From a virus (Duplodnaviria; Caudoviricetes): DNA of 45,983 nt. The stretch spans positions 1 through 45,983 of IMG/VR virus record IMGVR_UViG_3300017902_000440; one strand, 5' to 3'. The translations under genes and the position numbers were made by a program. The notes under the pieces were generated by a model. It did no database searches. It worked only from the letters and a program-made list of their open reading frames with translations, and had not been told where the DNA came from. This document shows, piece by piece, positions 27,713-36,711 of the stretch (position 1 is the stretch's first letter; the number at the start of each line of letters is the position of its first letter).

Positions 27713-28716
27713 CACTACTGATATTTTCTGCACTATCTGTCTCTGCTGTAGCGGGATGGTTTTCAATCGTAGGTTTGATGGCGATATTCCCTGCTGCTGC
27801 AATTGCCATCCTATCAATGGGTGCAGTGTTAGAGGTGGCGAAACTGGTCACCGCATCGTGGTTGTATAGAAACTGGAATGATGCCGGTATACTACTGCGA
27901 ACATATTTCACAGCGGCAGTAATAATTTTGTCAGTCATAACGAGTATGGGTATATTTGGATTTCTATCCAAGGCGCATTTGGAGAATACCATACAGCAAG
28001 GAGGCACTAATGAACTACAAATTCAGAACTTGGAAAGACAGATTGAGAATGAACGAAGAATTATCCGTGATGGAGACCAGCTTCTATCACAACTGGATGA
28101 AACGGTCAACACTCTCATCGAATATGACAGAATCCGAGGCAAGAGCGGTGCTATTGCGGTCAGGGAAGGACAACAAGAACAACGGGACGATATCTTATCA
28201 TCCATACAATCCAGCATTAAGAGGATTGATGAAATCAGTGAAGAACTACTCCCGCTACAGAAAGAGCGAATGGAGCTCGAGGTTGAAGTCGGGCCAATAA
28301 AATATATTGCAGAACTGATCTATGGTGAGTCTGAGAAGGAAGTGCTTGAAAAGGCAGTGAGGTTCGTGATTATACTGTTGGTGTTCGTGTTTGACCCTCT
28401 CGCCATCCTACTGGTGGTGTCTGCAAACATGACATACATGCAAAGGAAAGGCGAACTCATAACTGCTGTAGACATAGATGATACGGTAGTAGAAGAAAAG
28501 ATTATACCAGAAGAACCCTCTGACGGTGTAGTGGGTGGACTTGGTGATGAACCAGAGGTATCGCCACCTAGTGCAGTAGATGACGCCGCAAATGTGAGAG
28601 TCACAAATGCTAAGGATTTTGGTCTTGATGACACACAACTACGAAAACTAGACAGGTCTACTAGAAACAAACTAGAATGGTTGATTGATAAAGGTATTCA
28701 AGTAAAAGATGACTAA
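27700..28716 (+). CDS. membrane protein with periplasmic coiled coil (T4-like conserved)
   Basis: Three N-terminal TMs, LE.AKLV.ASW, TSMGIFGFLSKAH, EVGPIKYIAE, FVFDPLAILL. Confidence 0.85.
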   Translation: MAFLALLIFSALSVSAVAGWFSIVGLMAIFPAAAIAILSMGAVLEVAKLVTASWLYRNWNDAGILLRTYFTAAVIILSVITSMGIFGFLSKAHLENTIQQGGTNELQIQNLERQIENERRIIRDGDQLLSQLDETVNTLIEYDRIRGKSGAIAVREGQQEQRDDILSSIQSSIKRIDEISEELLPLQKERMELEVEVGPIKYIAELIYGESEKEVLEKAVRFVIILLVFVFDPLAILLVVSANMTYMQRKGELITAVDIDDTVVEEKIIPEEPSDGVVGGLGDEPEVSPPSAVDDAANVRVTNAKDFGLDDTQLRKLDRSTRNKLEWLIDKGIQVKDD

Positions 28717-29785
28717 ACTATTTGTCAACGGGTGCTCTATTACATTGGGTGCTGAGTTGGGTGAGGAATTAAAATACTTTGATGAAGGCCACAAAGAAGG
28801 TTACATGGCTGTTGACCATGACTACCGAAATGCTCACAGGTGGTCTACTCTGGTAGCAGAAAGATTCGGCATGGAAGTGATTAACATTGCCCGTGGGTCT
28901 GGATCAAACTGGAGAACGTGGAGATCAACGGTAGACTTTTTTGACAGTCGCCCAGATTGGTCTGGTAACGCAATAATACAACTGACAGGATTTGAACGAT
29001 TTCAGTTACCACTCAACGAACACTTCATCGACAAGATAAATCTATCGCACGAACACTATCCACAACTCACAGAAGATTTCAACAAGTGGGCGATAGGTGG
29101 TGCGTATAGTGTAGAACATGATCATGTGAATCCACTAGAGGAATTCTCTCACTGGAATAAAGGCAGTTTAGATCGAATCCAACCCGATTGGAGAGAACCA
29201 GATCACTTTGCTCCCCAACAAAATAGTATGCGACACATTTACAAGGATTTACACAGTGACGTAATGGCTAACAAAAACTTTATGAGTCCACTGTGGACTC
29301 TTATGGATTGTATGAGACTTACACAGACTATGATCTACTACTTCCGTGCTAGGAACATCAAGTGTCTGGTGTGGGATGCCATGTCAAACATACGATCCAT
29401 AGTTGACATGTCGCAGGCTCTGAGATGGGTAGAACAACACGAGACAGTCAGTGAGACTGTGGATGACATGTATAAAGACAACAACATGAGATGGATTGTG
29501 ATTCTATTCAATGACCCACAGAAGTGGATAGAAATGCCACGAAAGACACATGAGAGATATTTTGGTATGTTGCGTGAGGCAGGAATGTATGAGAGATTTT
29601 ATAACAAATGGAACTCACTGAAGTCAATGCCAGAACTTTCCAAACATGATTATTCTGATATGTTCGTAAACCCCAAACACCCGAAGTTTATTGGCAGTAA
29701 GCCAGGCGGACACCCAGATGAGGCATCACACAAAGCAATTGCAGATTTATTAATTGAAGAAATGACCTTGACACGCATGGTCTAA
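28709..29785 (+). CDS. SGNH/GDSL-like protein
   Basis: LFVNGCSIT.G, NIA.GSGSN, IQLT..ER, GHP....H..IA. Confidence 0.65.
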   Translation: MTKLFVNGCSITLGAELGEELKYFDEGHKEGYMAVDHDYRNAHRWSTLVAERFGMEVINIARGSGSNWRTWRSTVDFFDSRPDWSGNAIIQLTGFERFQLPLNEHFIDKINLSHEHYPQLTEDFNKWAIGGAYSVEHDHVNPLEEFSHWNKGSLDRIQPDWREPDHFAPQQNSMRHIYKDLHSDVMANKNFMSPLWTLMDCMRLTQTMIYYFRARNIKCLVWDAMSNIRSIVDMSQALRWVEQHETVSETVDDMYKDNNMRWIVILFNDPQKWIEMPRKTHERYFGMLREAGMYERFYNKWNSLKSMPELSKHDYSDMFVNPKHPKFIGSKPGGHPDEASHKAIADLLIEEMTLTRMV

Positions 29786-29799
29786 TGGTGTATTATAAT
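29768..29799 (+). promoter_or_regulatory. sigma70-like promoter
   Basis: TTGACA-17 nt-TATTAT(AAT). Confidence 0.8.
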
Positions 29800-29824
29800 G
29801 GTATGTTTAACAAAAGGAGTGAAC

Positions 29825-30052
29825 ATGAATAAATCTAACATTTTTGAAATCGTATCCAAGGGTGTCGCTGATATCCTGTATACAAAGAAGGATGGCACTG
29901 AAAGAGTCATCAAGGCCACTCTGCTGGAGTCTGTTGTGCCTACGGTAGAACAACCAAAAACTCTGCCAGATACCCATATCAACATCTTTGATGTGGAAAA
30001 AACTCAGTGGCGCACGCTAATTATTGATCAAATCAAAGGCGTCAGTGCGTAA
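29825..30052 (+). CDS. WYL/SH3-fold small protein (T4-like conserved)
   Basis: AAGGAG RBS; YTKKDGTERV..ATL, FDVEK.QWR. Confidence 0.75.
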   Translation: MNKSNIFEIVSKGVADILYTKKDGTERVIKATLLESVVPTVEQPKTLPDTHINIFDVEKTQWRTLIIDQIKGVSA

Positions 30053-30058
30053 AACCCC

Positions 30059-30093
30059 TTGACATGCGTGGCTCCTCTGTGTTACTATATAAT
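30059..30093 (+). promoter_or_regulatory. sigma70-like promoter
   Basis: TTGACA-18 nt-TACTAT(ATAAT). Confidence 0.7.
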
Positions 30094-30113
30094 AGTAATA
30101 CAAGGAGTCTACC

Positions 30114-30602
30114 ATGACCGACAGAAAACCAACCAAAATTCGTAAGCGGCGAAAGCCAATGACGGAAGAACAACGTGCCGCTGCTGCGGAACGTTTGAAA
30201 CTAGCACGAGAGAAACGTGCTAAATCTAACCCACCCACATACAAAAACGTCCACCCAGATGTCCTCGCTTTGCCTGAAGACCATCCACGGTCATTCGTGA
30301 AGGTAAAACAGTGGATCAAGGAAAACCGTGAAAAGTTGCCTGCGATCCGACAACAAGTTAGGGCAAACCAGAAAGGCGCACTCGCTCAGGAAGCAATGGT
30401 CAAAGGATACATTGCCCACATGGAGGCATACCTTAAAAATGGTGATTGGGTGTCAAACTTCTACGGTGCGAACATGGAGAAAAGACATATTCGCACATGT
30501 GTAGCTTTGGCGTATGATGCGGATGGAAACCCCAAAAGAGAAAAAGGTGTTTTCTATCCCGATCTAGGATTTGTGTGGGGAATGGAAGATGATATTAGTT
30601 GA
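30114..30602 (+). CDS. conserved T4-like hypothetical protein
   Basis: RKPMTEEQR.AAAERL..ARE, VK.WIK, YL..GDW...FYG, AYD.DG.PKR..G.FYPD. Confidence 0.8.
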   Translation: MTDRKPTKIRKRRKPMTEEQRAAAAERLKLAREKRAKSNPPTYKNVHPDVLALPEDHPRSFVKVKQWIKENREKLPAIRQQVRANQKGALAQEAMVKGYIAHMEAYLKNGDWVSNFYGANMEKRHIRTCVALAYDADGNPKREKGVFYPDLGFVWGMEDDIS

Positions 30603-31473
30603 TTATAATCAAATCAGTATCAGTAATCTGATGGCTGAGTTGAACAATAGGGATTCTGACCACATTGATTTCGATTTGGTCAGGCACATGATACTGAACA
30701 CCATTCGTGGGTATCGAAAGAGATGGCACGAGGAGTATGGTGAGATTGTTATTGCTTGCGACAATCGCCGCTACTGGCGCAGGAAAGTGTTTCCAAACTA
30801 CAAGGCAAGCCGCAAGAAAACGAGAGAAGATAGTGGCCATGATTGGAACACAATCTTTGATGTTCTTGGTCAGGTCAAGGCAGAACTTGATGAGTTCATG
30901 CCGTATCCAGTGATTGACGTAGATGGTGCGGAAGCAGATGATGTCATTGGCACACTCGCTGAGTATAGTCAGTTGAACGATCTCAATCAAGAGTCCTTAT
31001 TTGACATACCGAAACCCATGTTGATTGTGTCTGCTGACCATGACTTTCAACAGTTACAGAAGTGGGAGAACGTCAAACAGTGGTCACCAATTCGTAAGAA
31101 GTTTGTGGCCATCAAGGGTGATCCAAAACAGGTATTAATGGAACATATCATATCAGGTGACAAGGGTGACGGTGTGCCAAACATTCTCAGTGATGACGAT
31201 GTATTCACAGAGGGCAAACGCCAAAGACCCATTCGCAAGGCATTGATCGCCGAGTGGAAGACAAAAGCACCAGAGGAGTGGGTCACGGGTGACATGGCCG
31301 CTGGATACATTCGCAACAAACAGATGGTTGATTTATCACAGACACCACAGGACATCAAAAGCGAAATTGTGATGCAGTATGAGTTACAGTGCCGCAAGAA
31401 TCGTAGTGAGGTGCGTGAGTATTTTCAACGACATAACTTGAATCGTCTGCTAGAAAGCGTTGATGATTTCTAG
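30589..31473 (+). CDS. rnh: T4 RNase H (5'-3' exonuclease)
   Basis: MILVDYNQ, YWRR..FP.YKA.R, EADDVIG, S.D.DF.QL, GDKGDGVPNI. Confidence 0.95.
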   Translation: MILVDYNQISISNLMAELNNRDSDHIDFDLVRHMILNTIRGYRKRWHEEYGEIVIACDNRRYWRRKVFPNYKASRKKTREDSGHDWNTIFDVLGQVKAELDEFMPYPVIDVDGAEADDVIGTLAEYSQLNDLNQESLFDIPKPMLIVSADHDFQQLQKWENVKQWSPIRKKFVAIKGDPKQVLMEHIISGDKGDGVPNILSDDDVFTEGKRQRPIRKALIAEWKTKAPEEWVTGDMAAGYIRNKQMVDLSQTPQDIKSEIVMQYELQCRKNRSEVREYFQRHNLNRLLESVDDF

Positions 31474-31481
31474 TATAAATA
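31474..31481 (+). promoter_or_regulatory. T4-type late promoter
   Basis: TATAAATA directly after the rnh stop. Confidence 0.75.
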
Positions 31482-31511
31482 TGTGTAGTGAATTACACGA
31501 TGGAGTAAAAA

Positions 31512-32003
31512 ATGAAATTTAGACAAACAGATGAAGGTTTTGATTGGGTGCTTAAAGGTGAATCAGTTGATGATCAAGTGGCCCGACTGAAACAATGGGC
31601 AGGAACAAATCAAACTCTTGTGCCACTAGTCCGTATGGGTGTTGGTGCAGAGAAGGTAGATTGGAGACTGCCAGAAGGTATGCCCGACACCGTGAAAATT
31701 GATGAAGATACCCCAGATGGCATGGGAAGCACCACCATTCAACTTGAGTGGCGCCGCATCAAACAATTTTTTGACCCCGAAAGTAATATGAATAACCTAC
31801 CCGATTGGAAACGGGAAATGAATTGGTTACAGATTCTTGAGGGTGTGCATCCAAGTGAGGCGAAAATACTCACCGCTGTGAAGGATGCCACGTTACTTGA
31901 AGTATATCCCAAGTTTGAGAAGTTACTAAAAATACTCGGCATTGAGGAATACAACAAACCCAAAAAGAAAAGTAAACCCAGAAAGAAAAAGGACGCAGCA
32001 TGA
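31512..32003 (+). CDS. conserved T4-like hypothetical protein (resembles DUF6433)
   Basis: W.LPEG.P, L..E.R....F, KRE...LQILEG.HP.EA.IL..VKD; usual rnh neighbour. Confidence 0.75.
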   Translation: MKFRQTDEGFDWVLKGESVDDQVARLKQWAGTNQTLVPLVRMGVGAEKVDWRLPEGMPDTVKIDEDTPDGMGSTTIQLEWRRIKQFFDPESNMNNLPDWKREMNWLQILEGVHPSEAKILTAVKDATLLEVYPKFEKLLKILGIEEYNKPKKKSKPRKKKDAA

Positions 32004-32221
32004 GCAACCGCAAACAAATCCTCGCAACCCAGAAATCATATCTACTGGCACAACGAGAAAAGCACAAGTTGAATCTTGATTTGATGCTTGACAAACCCGT
32101 TGGTGTGGCAGAACACCCCGACATCATGGAGACAATTGAACAGGAGTTGGGTAAGATGGCAGAGTATGATGATAAACTTGCTATGTTGTCCTATTTTACG
32201 GATGGCTACTCGGGCAAGTAG
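32000..32221 (+). CDS. conserved T4-like hypothetical protein
   Basis: KH..N....L..PVGV.EHPDI.E.IE.EL..MA.Y.DKL. Confidence 0.8.
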   Translation: MSNRKQILATQKSYLLAQREKHKLNLDLMLDKPVGVAEHPDIMETIEQELGKMAEYDDKLAMLSYFTDGYSGK

Positions 32222-32735
32222 ATTCTTCTTATTCAAGTGTGGTGGGTGGAAAAACGAATACTGGATTGTGGATGAAAATTCACTACAGGATGTCCCGAAA
32301 CCACGAGAACTGATCATAAAGTTTTCCCAGATCGAAAAGATCAGGGAGTATGTCATTGGGCAAAACAAAAACAATCTGCCCATAGTTGATCGCTGTCGAG
32401 ATAGGACAGAGTGGCATACTCCAGAAGGCCGAGAACGTATCAGGCAGGCCAAACTAGGTGACAAACATCCCCATGCCGATGGCCTAACCGAAGACCACAA
32501 ACGCAAGATATCCGCCACCATGACAGGAACCCGCCGTGGGGAGTTTAACCCCATGTATGGGCGCAAACACAGCGCCGAAACCATCGCCAAGATTCGCCAG
32601 AAGGCGTATGAACGCCCCAAAATGCGCTGGTGTGTCGAACCATCAGGTAAAGCTCACTTAGTCAGGGCGGATGGAGACATCCCAAGCGAGTGGCAATGGG
32701 GTCGATTTTACGACAAATACCGCCCATCTGACTAA
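32202..32735 (+). CDS. NUMOD3-repeat DNA-binding protein without recognisable nuclease domain
   Basis: HTPEGRERIRQAKLG, LTEDHKRKISATMTG, NPMYGRKHSAETIAKIR, W.WGR. Confidence 0.7.
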   Translation: MATRASRFFLFKCGGWKNEYWIVDENSLQDVPKPRELIIKFSQIEKIREYVIGQNKNNLPIVDRCRDRTEWHTPEGRERIRQAKLGDKHPHADGLTEDHKRKISATMTGTRRGEFNPMYGRKHSAETIAKIRQKAYERPKMRWCVEPSGKAHLVRADGDIPSEWQWGRFYDKYRPSD

Positions 32736-32801
32736 GCCATTGATTTCCAAGGGAAAAATAATTTGATTTTTTTTCGCTTTTCCTTATAAATCAATGACTT
32801 A
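32733..32801. repeat. inverted repeat, copy A of promoter-linked cassette
   Basis: TAAGCCATTGATTT (32733-32746) ... AAATCAATGACTTA (32788-32801), extendable imperfectly to about 24 bp. Confidence 0.8.
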
Positions 32802-32817
32802 CAGAGGCAGCTTTTTC

Positions 32818-32846
32818 TTGACATTTGCTTCAAAATGGCCTATAAT
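32818..32846 (+). promoter_or_regulatory. consensus sigma70 early promoter
   Basis: TTGACA-17 nt-TATAAT. Confidence 0.9.
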
Positions 32847-32879
32847 GGCCACATGATGATGAGAAATGAGAGAGAAAAT

Positions 32880-33110
32880 ATGATTGATTTCGTTGCTGCT
32901 TCAAACGGTGGTTTAGAGTTTACTACCATTTGTGATACTAGAATTTTTTGTGCGACTCTTGAGGAGTGTGCAGAAACTATCGCTAGTCAAGGACTCGCCA
33001 ATCGTGTGATGGGTTCTTCTTCAATGGACTTTGCTGATGAGTATGGTTTTGAGACCGCTGACGGTGCCATGACCATGTATCGTGAAGCAATCAAACTGTC
33101 AGGGGTTTAA
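32880..33110 (+). CDS. hypothetical early protein
   Basis: Start moved downstream of the promoter; SSSMDFADEYGF motif. Confidence 0.75.
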   Translation: MIDFVAASNGGLEFTTICDTRIFCATLEECAETIASQGLANRVMGSSSMDFADEYGFETADGAMTMYREAIKLSGV

Positions 33111-33113
33111 TTT

Positions 33114-33329
33114 ATGTCAGGTTTTTATCAGTTGAACCGACAACCATTTCAGTGGAAAATGAAGTCTGGTGCGAGAGGCAACACTGCCATGGATGCGAAA
33201 TCCAATCAACATTTGACCCGCTGGGTGAATCTTGATCTTCAACGTGCTGAGAAAACTGGTGATTGGTCTGAACTTATTGCAAAGGCTGAGGCTCAAACTC
33301 GCCGTTTTCGCAATGATTTTTACGCCTAA
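33114..33329 (+). CDS. hypothetical early protein
   Basis: 71 aa ORF in operon. Confidence 0.7.
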   Translation: MSGFYQLNRQPFQWKMKSGARGNTAMDAKSNQHLTRWVNLDLQRAEKTGDWSELIAKAEAQTRRFRNDFYA

Positions 33330-33349
33330 ATTTTAAGAGGGTTTAATTT

Positions 33350-33778
33350 ATGAAAGTTGTCATCCACACCCAGTTCAAAGAAAACTATGGCGCCCATGAT
33401 TGGGACGGCAAGGGCGAGTGCCCGCAGTATTGGAAGTTCAAGGGTGGCTCTACCTATGTTGTAGAGGCTTCGATTAATCAGGCGATGTCTGGTTCGTTTT
33501 TCACCGATGTGGCCAAGTGCATCGAATACAAAAATGATTACTCTGAGGAGTATATCGTTGGCGAGAATCTGGTCGATGATATCGACTTTGATCCTACCAA
33601 AGTTGTGGCAGAGTGGGACACCGCTATCTATGCCGAGTTGATCGGTGGGCAGTTGGACTGCCGTGAAGATGTGAAGGACTACACTATGGCCCGCAACATC
33701 ATCGGCGAACGCACTTGGATGCAAAATGCAGATGGCCGATACGATGTGGCCCTAGAACGATTTGAGGAGGCAGCGTAA
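33350..33778 (+). CDS. conserved phage hypothetical protein
   Basis: TQ..ENYGAHDWDG.GECPQYWKFKGG.TY motif. Confidence 0.8.
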   Translation: MKVVIHTQFKENYGAHDWDGKGECPQYWKFKGGSTYVVEASINQAMSGSFFTDVAKCIEYKNDYSEEYIVGENLVDDIDFDPTKVVAEWDTAIYAELIGGQLDCREDVKDYTMARNIIGERTWMQNADGRYDVALERFEEAA

Positions 33779-33984
33779 TGGCTCGTTGGGAAGAATTTGA
33801 ATGTGTGCTTTGTGGTGAAAAGTTCAATGAGTATGGCAACAATCCATACCCGTTGGCAGAAGAAGGTGAATGCTGCGACAGTTGTAATAATGATGTGATC
33901 GTTGCACGACTTCAGGCGATGATTGCCGATCAAAAAAAGAGGGCTGAGGAGCTCCTTCCATATACAGATTTGAGGAGTCAATAG
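33778..33984 (+). CDS. small zinc-finger protein
   Basis: CVLC...GNNPYP...CCDSCN. Confidence 0.75.
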   Translation: MARWEEFECVLCGEKFNEYGNNPYPLAEEGECCDSCNNDVIVARLQAMIADQKKRAEELLPYTDLRSQ

Positions 33985-33985
33985 G

Positions 33986-34228
33986 ATGGTAGATAACGCA
34001 TCAAGAGCGCAGGCACTATTGGAAAACTTTCGTGGACATGGTTCGCCGTATGACCGTGGTTCCGCTGACTCATACTACCAGAGAGGCCCATCGCCGCATT
34101 GGTATCCAGAAGGCACCTACAATGGTGAACGGATCGAAGAAGGTCAAATGACAAAAGCACAGATAAGGGAGTATATGTTGGGGTTCGCCGAGAACGAGGC
34201 AGACCTAAATTTTAAGGATTGGGAATGA
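33986..34228 (+). CDS. conserved phage hypothetical protein
   Basis: HGSPYDRGSADSYY.R...PH...MT..QI.EY..G..ENE. Confidence 0.8.
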   Translation: MVDNASRAQALLENFRGHGSPYDRGSADSYYQRGPSPHWYPEGTYNGERIEEGQMTKAQIREYMLGFAENEADLNFKDWE

Positions 34229-34821
34229 AAGAAAAAATAATTTTAACGGATTGTGATGGAGTCTGCCTAGATTGGGAGTGGGCTTTTATGCAGTGGATGT
34301 CTCACAATGGGATGAATCCACAGGGCGAAGATTGGAAACTAAAATACAAAGTGTCTGAAAGATTCGGTGTGACTCAGGAAGAAGGCAACAGGTTGACTAG
34401 TCAGTTCAACAGCAGTGCCGCTATCGGATTCATGCCGCCACTCAGGGACGCCCAGTGGTTCATCAAGAAGTTGAATGAACAACACGGTATAAAGTTTGTT
34501 GCTGTCACTAGTCTTCACGATGACCCATATGCTCAGCAGTTGAGAACGCAGAACCTAAAGAAATTATTTGGTGATGCGTTTGTTGAGTTTCACTATCTTG
34601 CGTGTGGTGCTGACAAAGATTTAATCCTTGAGGAATTGTCTTATAAATATCCACAAGCACCTTGGATTGAAGACAAACCCATCAACGCTGACGTTGGTGC
34701 CAAGTTCGGATTTGAAACTTATTTGATGGAACATGGGCACAACATGCACTACAAAGGCCCTGCCTTGAAAGTAACCAATTGGGAACAGCTCTATCAATTC
34801 ATGGTAAGAAAATTTGATTAG
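34225..34821 (+). CDS. HAD-family phosphatase, T4 gp30.2-like
   Basis: ILTDCDGV.LDW (DxD), VTS, K, WIEDK..NA..G. Confidence 0.85.
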   Translation: MKEKIILTDCDGVCLDWEWAFMQWMSHNGMNPQGEDWKLKYKVSERFGVTQEEGNRLTSQFNSSAAIGFMPPLRDAQWFIKKLNEQHGIKFVAVTSLHDDPYAQQLRTQNLKKLFGDAFVEFHYLACGADKDLILEELSYKYPQAPWIEDKPINADVGAKFGFETYLMEHGHNMHYKGPALKVTNWEQLYQFMVRKFD

Positions 34822-34829
34822 GAGCGAAC

Positions 34830-35084
34830 ATGTTTTCAATTGAACAAGTGTTAATCTTGGTTATCTGTATTGTTGCTTGTGGATATACAAGTTACAAAAC
34901 AGGATTTGACGAGGGTGGCAAAGTGACCACTGCCGTATACATGGCAATCATGTCTGAATTTTTGAGACAAAAGATGGGTGATGATTGGGTTCTAAATACT
35001 TTGGGAAAAGATAATAACAGGTTCGCTCGTTTTATGGAAACAGAGCTCATGCCAGAGGAAGAACAAAATGACCACGCCGCTTGA
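34830..35084 (+). CDS. membrane-anchored hypothetical protein
   Basis: AGGAG RBS, N-terminal TM. Confidence 0.7.
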   Translation: MFSIEQVLILVICIVACGYTSYKTGFDEGGKVTTAVYMAIMSEFLRQKMGDDWVLNTLGKDNNRFARFMETELMPEEEQNDHAA

Positions 35085-35895
35085 TGACGCAATAGCAAAT
35101 ATCAATACGAATGTCATAAACGAACCAAAAGCTTTTGCTTTCAATACCACATTCGCCACGGGTGATCTCTTAGAGTATCTAGGCAAACTCTACATAGTGG
35201 AGGTAGGTGGAGGCACATCTTCATCTGGTCTCGCACCATCACAGTGGCCACACGATGCTAGTTCAACGCATACTCTATACGGCGATGATGATCAGGTGAT
35301 CATGGCATCAACCATATCAGCTGCTGTGTCTGCTGGTGCTACGGTAGTGTCAGGAAATCCTGCTGGGACTGATGATTTTGGAACCGCTTGGTCTACACTC
35401 ACAAGTCCATTCACAAGCAGTGCTTATACATCATCTGATCCAGTTCCTACTGCCGCTAGTCTCGCTGCTGCTGGTCACTCCACTACACCAAACTATGACA
35501 ACAGGACACCGGCATGGAGCACTGCCTCTACTGGATTGTGGACTAGGGACAGCAGAAAGTTTGAGATAAACCCAGGCGATCCCGTCAAAAATTTGAGAGT
35601 AGGATCATGCACATTGTCCTTTGTTGGATACGCCAGTAGCACATCCGAGAACGATGCAATCGCAGCTGCAGCGAAGTCGGCTGCTGATACGGCAGTTGCC
35701 GCTGTGACAATATCATCCGCAGATGCCCAGACATTTGGTGCGAAAGACTCAGAGGGCAATCCAACGATAGATCAGGGATCAGCAGTGACCACTGCTGTCA
35801 CCAATTTAAAGACAAATAGAAGTTCGCCGGGAGCCCAGTATGCACTGGCGGTATTGAACACTGTTAAAACTCAATTGGACAGTAAACTGCCATAA
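35068..35895 (+). CDS. Ala/Ser/Thr-rich protein, possibly structural
   Basis: 275 aa, composition like virion proteins; TATAAATA at 34642-34649 inside the upstream HAD gene. Confidence 0.65.
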   Translation: MTTPLDDAIANINTNVINEPKAFAFNTTFATGDLLEYLGKLYIVEVGGGTSSSGLAPSQWPHDASSTHTLYGDDDQVIMASTISAAVSAGATVVSGNPAGTDDFGTAWSTLTSPFTSSAYTSSDPVPTAASLAAAGHSTTPNYDNRTPAWSTASTGLWTRDSRKFEINPGDPVKNLRVGSCTLSFVGYASSTSENDAIAAAAKSAADTAVAAVTISSADAQTFGAKDSEGNPTIDQGSAVTTAVTNLKTNRSSPGAQYALAVLNTVKTQLDSKLP

Positions 35896-35904
35896 GGATT
35901 AGAA

Positions 35905-36012
35905 ATGGAATTGCTAGGTATACTCGCAATCATGTTGTTACCTATGATAGTGGGTGGCATTACTTTATATTTTAGCGTGAAGACAGGACAAGAGGGCAGG
36001 AACGATGTTTAA
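35905..36012 (+). CDS. 35-aa single-TM protein
   Basis: TAAGGA RBS; MELLGILAIMLLPMIVGGITLYFSVKTGQEGRNDV. Confidence 0.55.
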   Translation: MELLGILAIMLLPMIVGGITLYFSVKTGQEGRNDV

Positions 36013-36343
36013 AAAAATCGGGTGGTGGATTTATGATTTATACAGATACTTTTTTGATCTGAAGTATAATCCGCTGCGACATATACCAAACCCATTCACG
36101 CAGTTCATTCTGATGTTTTATCTGTCAGTTATGTGGACTGCCATTTTTACCATATGGGTAGGACAAACAATTTACTTTGGCATAGGCAGTGTCGCTGCTC
36201 ACTTGATTGTCGTGGCTGGATTCTTTATCACCGCACTCACATTCATAGATGCCGAGAAGAACGGCCACTTGTGGGTTAAAAAAACAAAATTACCCAAACC
36301 ACAAGACAGGCGATGCGTATGGGATTTAGATAAGGAGGCCTAA
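36005..36343 (+). CDS. two-TM membrane protein
   Basis: NPLRHIP...L..MW...F, H..V..G.FIT..TF..AE. Confidence 0.75.
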   Translation: MFKKIGWWIYDLYRYFFDLKYNPLRHIPNPFTQFILMFYLSVMWTAIFTIWVGQTIYFGIGSVAAHLIVVAGFFITALTFIDAEKNGHLWVKKTKLPKPQDRRCVWDLDKEA

Positions 36344-36345
36344 GC

Positions 36346-36711
36346 ATGTATGAGTATAGGGTAATCATTGATCGCTGGGTGGACGGCGATACAGTTGATG
36401 TAGATATCGACTTGGGCTTCGGTGTGTGGTTGAAAGATCAACGAGTCAGGTTGTATGGCATAAATGCGCCAGAGAGTCGCACCAGAGACTTGGAAGAAAA
36501 GAAATTAGGATTGGCAGCAAAGGATTTCTGCAAGAATTTTTGTAAGGAAGGTGAGACTGCCATTTTGAAAACTAAATCATATGACGCCAAAGGCAAATAT
36601 GGTAGGATACTTGGTGAGATATGGTCGGCGGGTGAGTTCGCTGATCAATCTTTGAATGAATACTTGGTGGAAAAAGGTCACGCAACCAGATACTATGGCG
36701 GTAAACGATAA
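36346..36711 (+). CDS. thermonuclease (SNase-like)
   Basis: VDGDTVD..IDLGF, RVRLYGINAPE, GKYGRILG, N..LV..GHA..Y. Confidence 0.9.
   Translation: MYEYRVIIDRWVDGDTVDVDIDLGFGVWLKDQRVRLYGINAPESRTRDLEEKKLGLAAKDFCKNFCKEGETAILKTKSYDAKGKYGRILGEIWSAGEFADQSLNEYLVEKGHATRYYGGKR

Noticed and set aside
32835-32879. Track start for ORF 32835-33110
   Set aside because: It lies within the -35/-10 promoter; ATG 32880 after the GAGAG leader is more plausible
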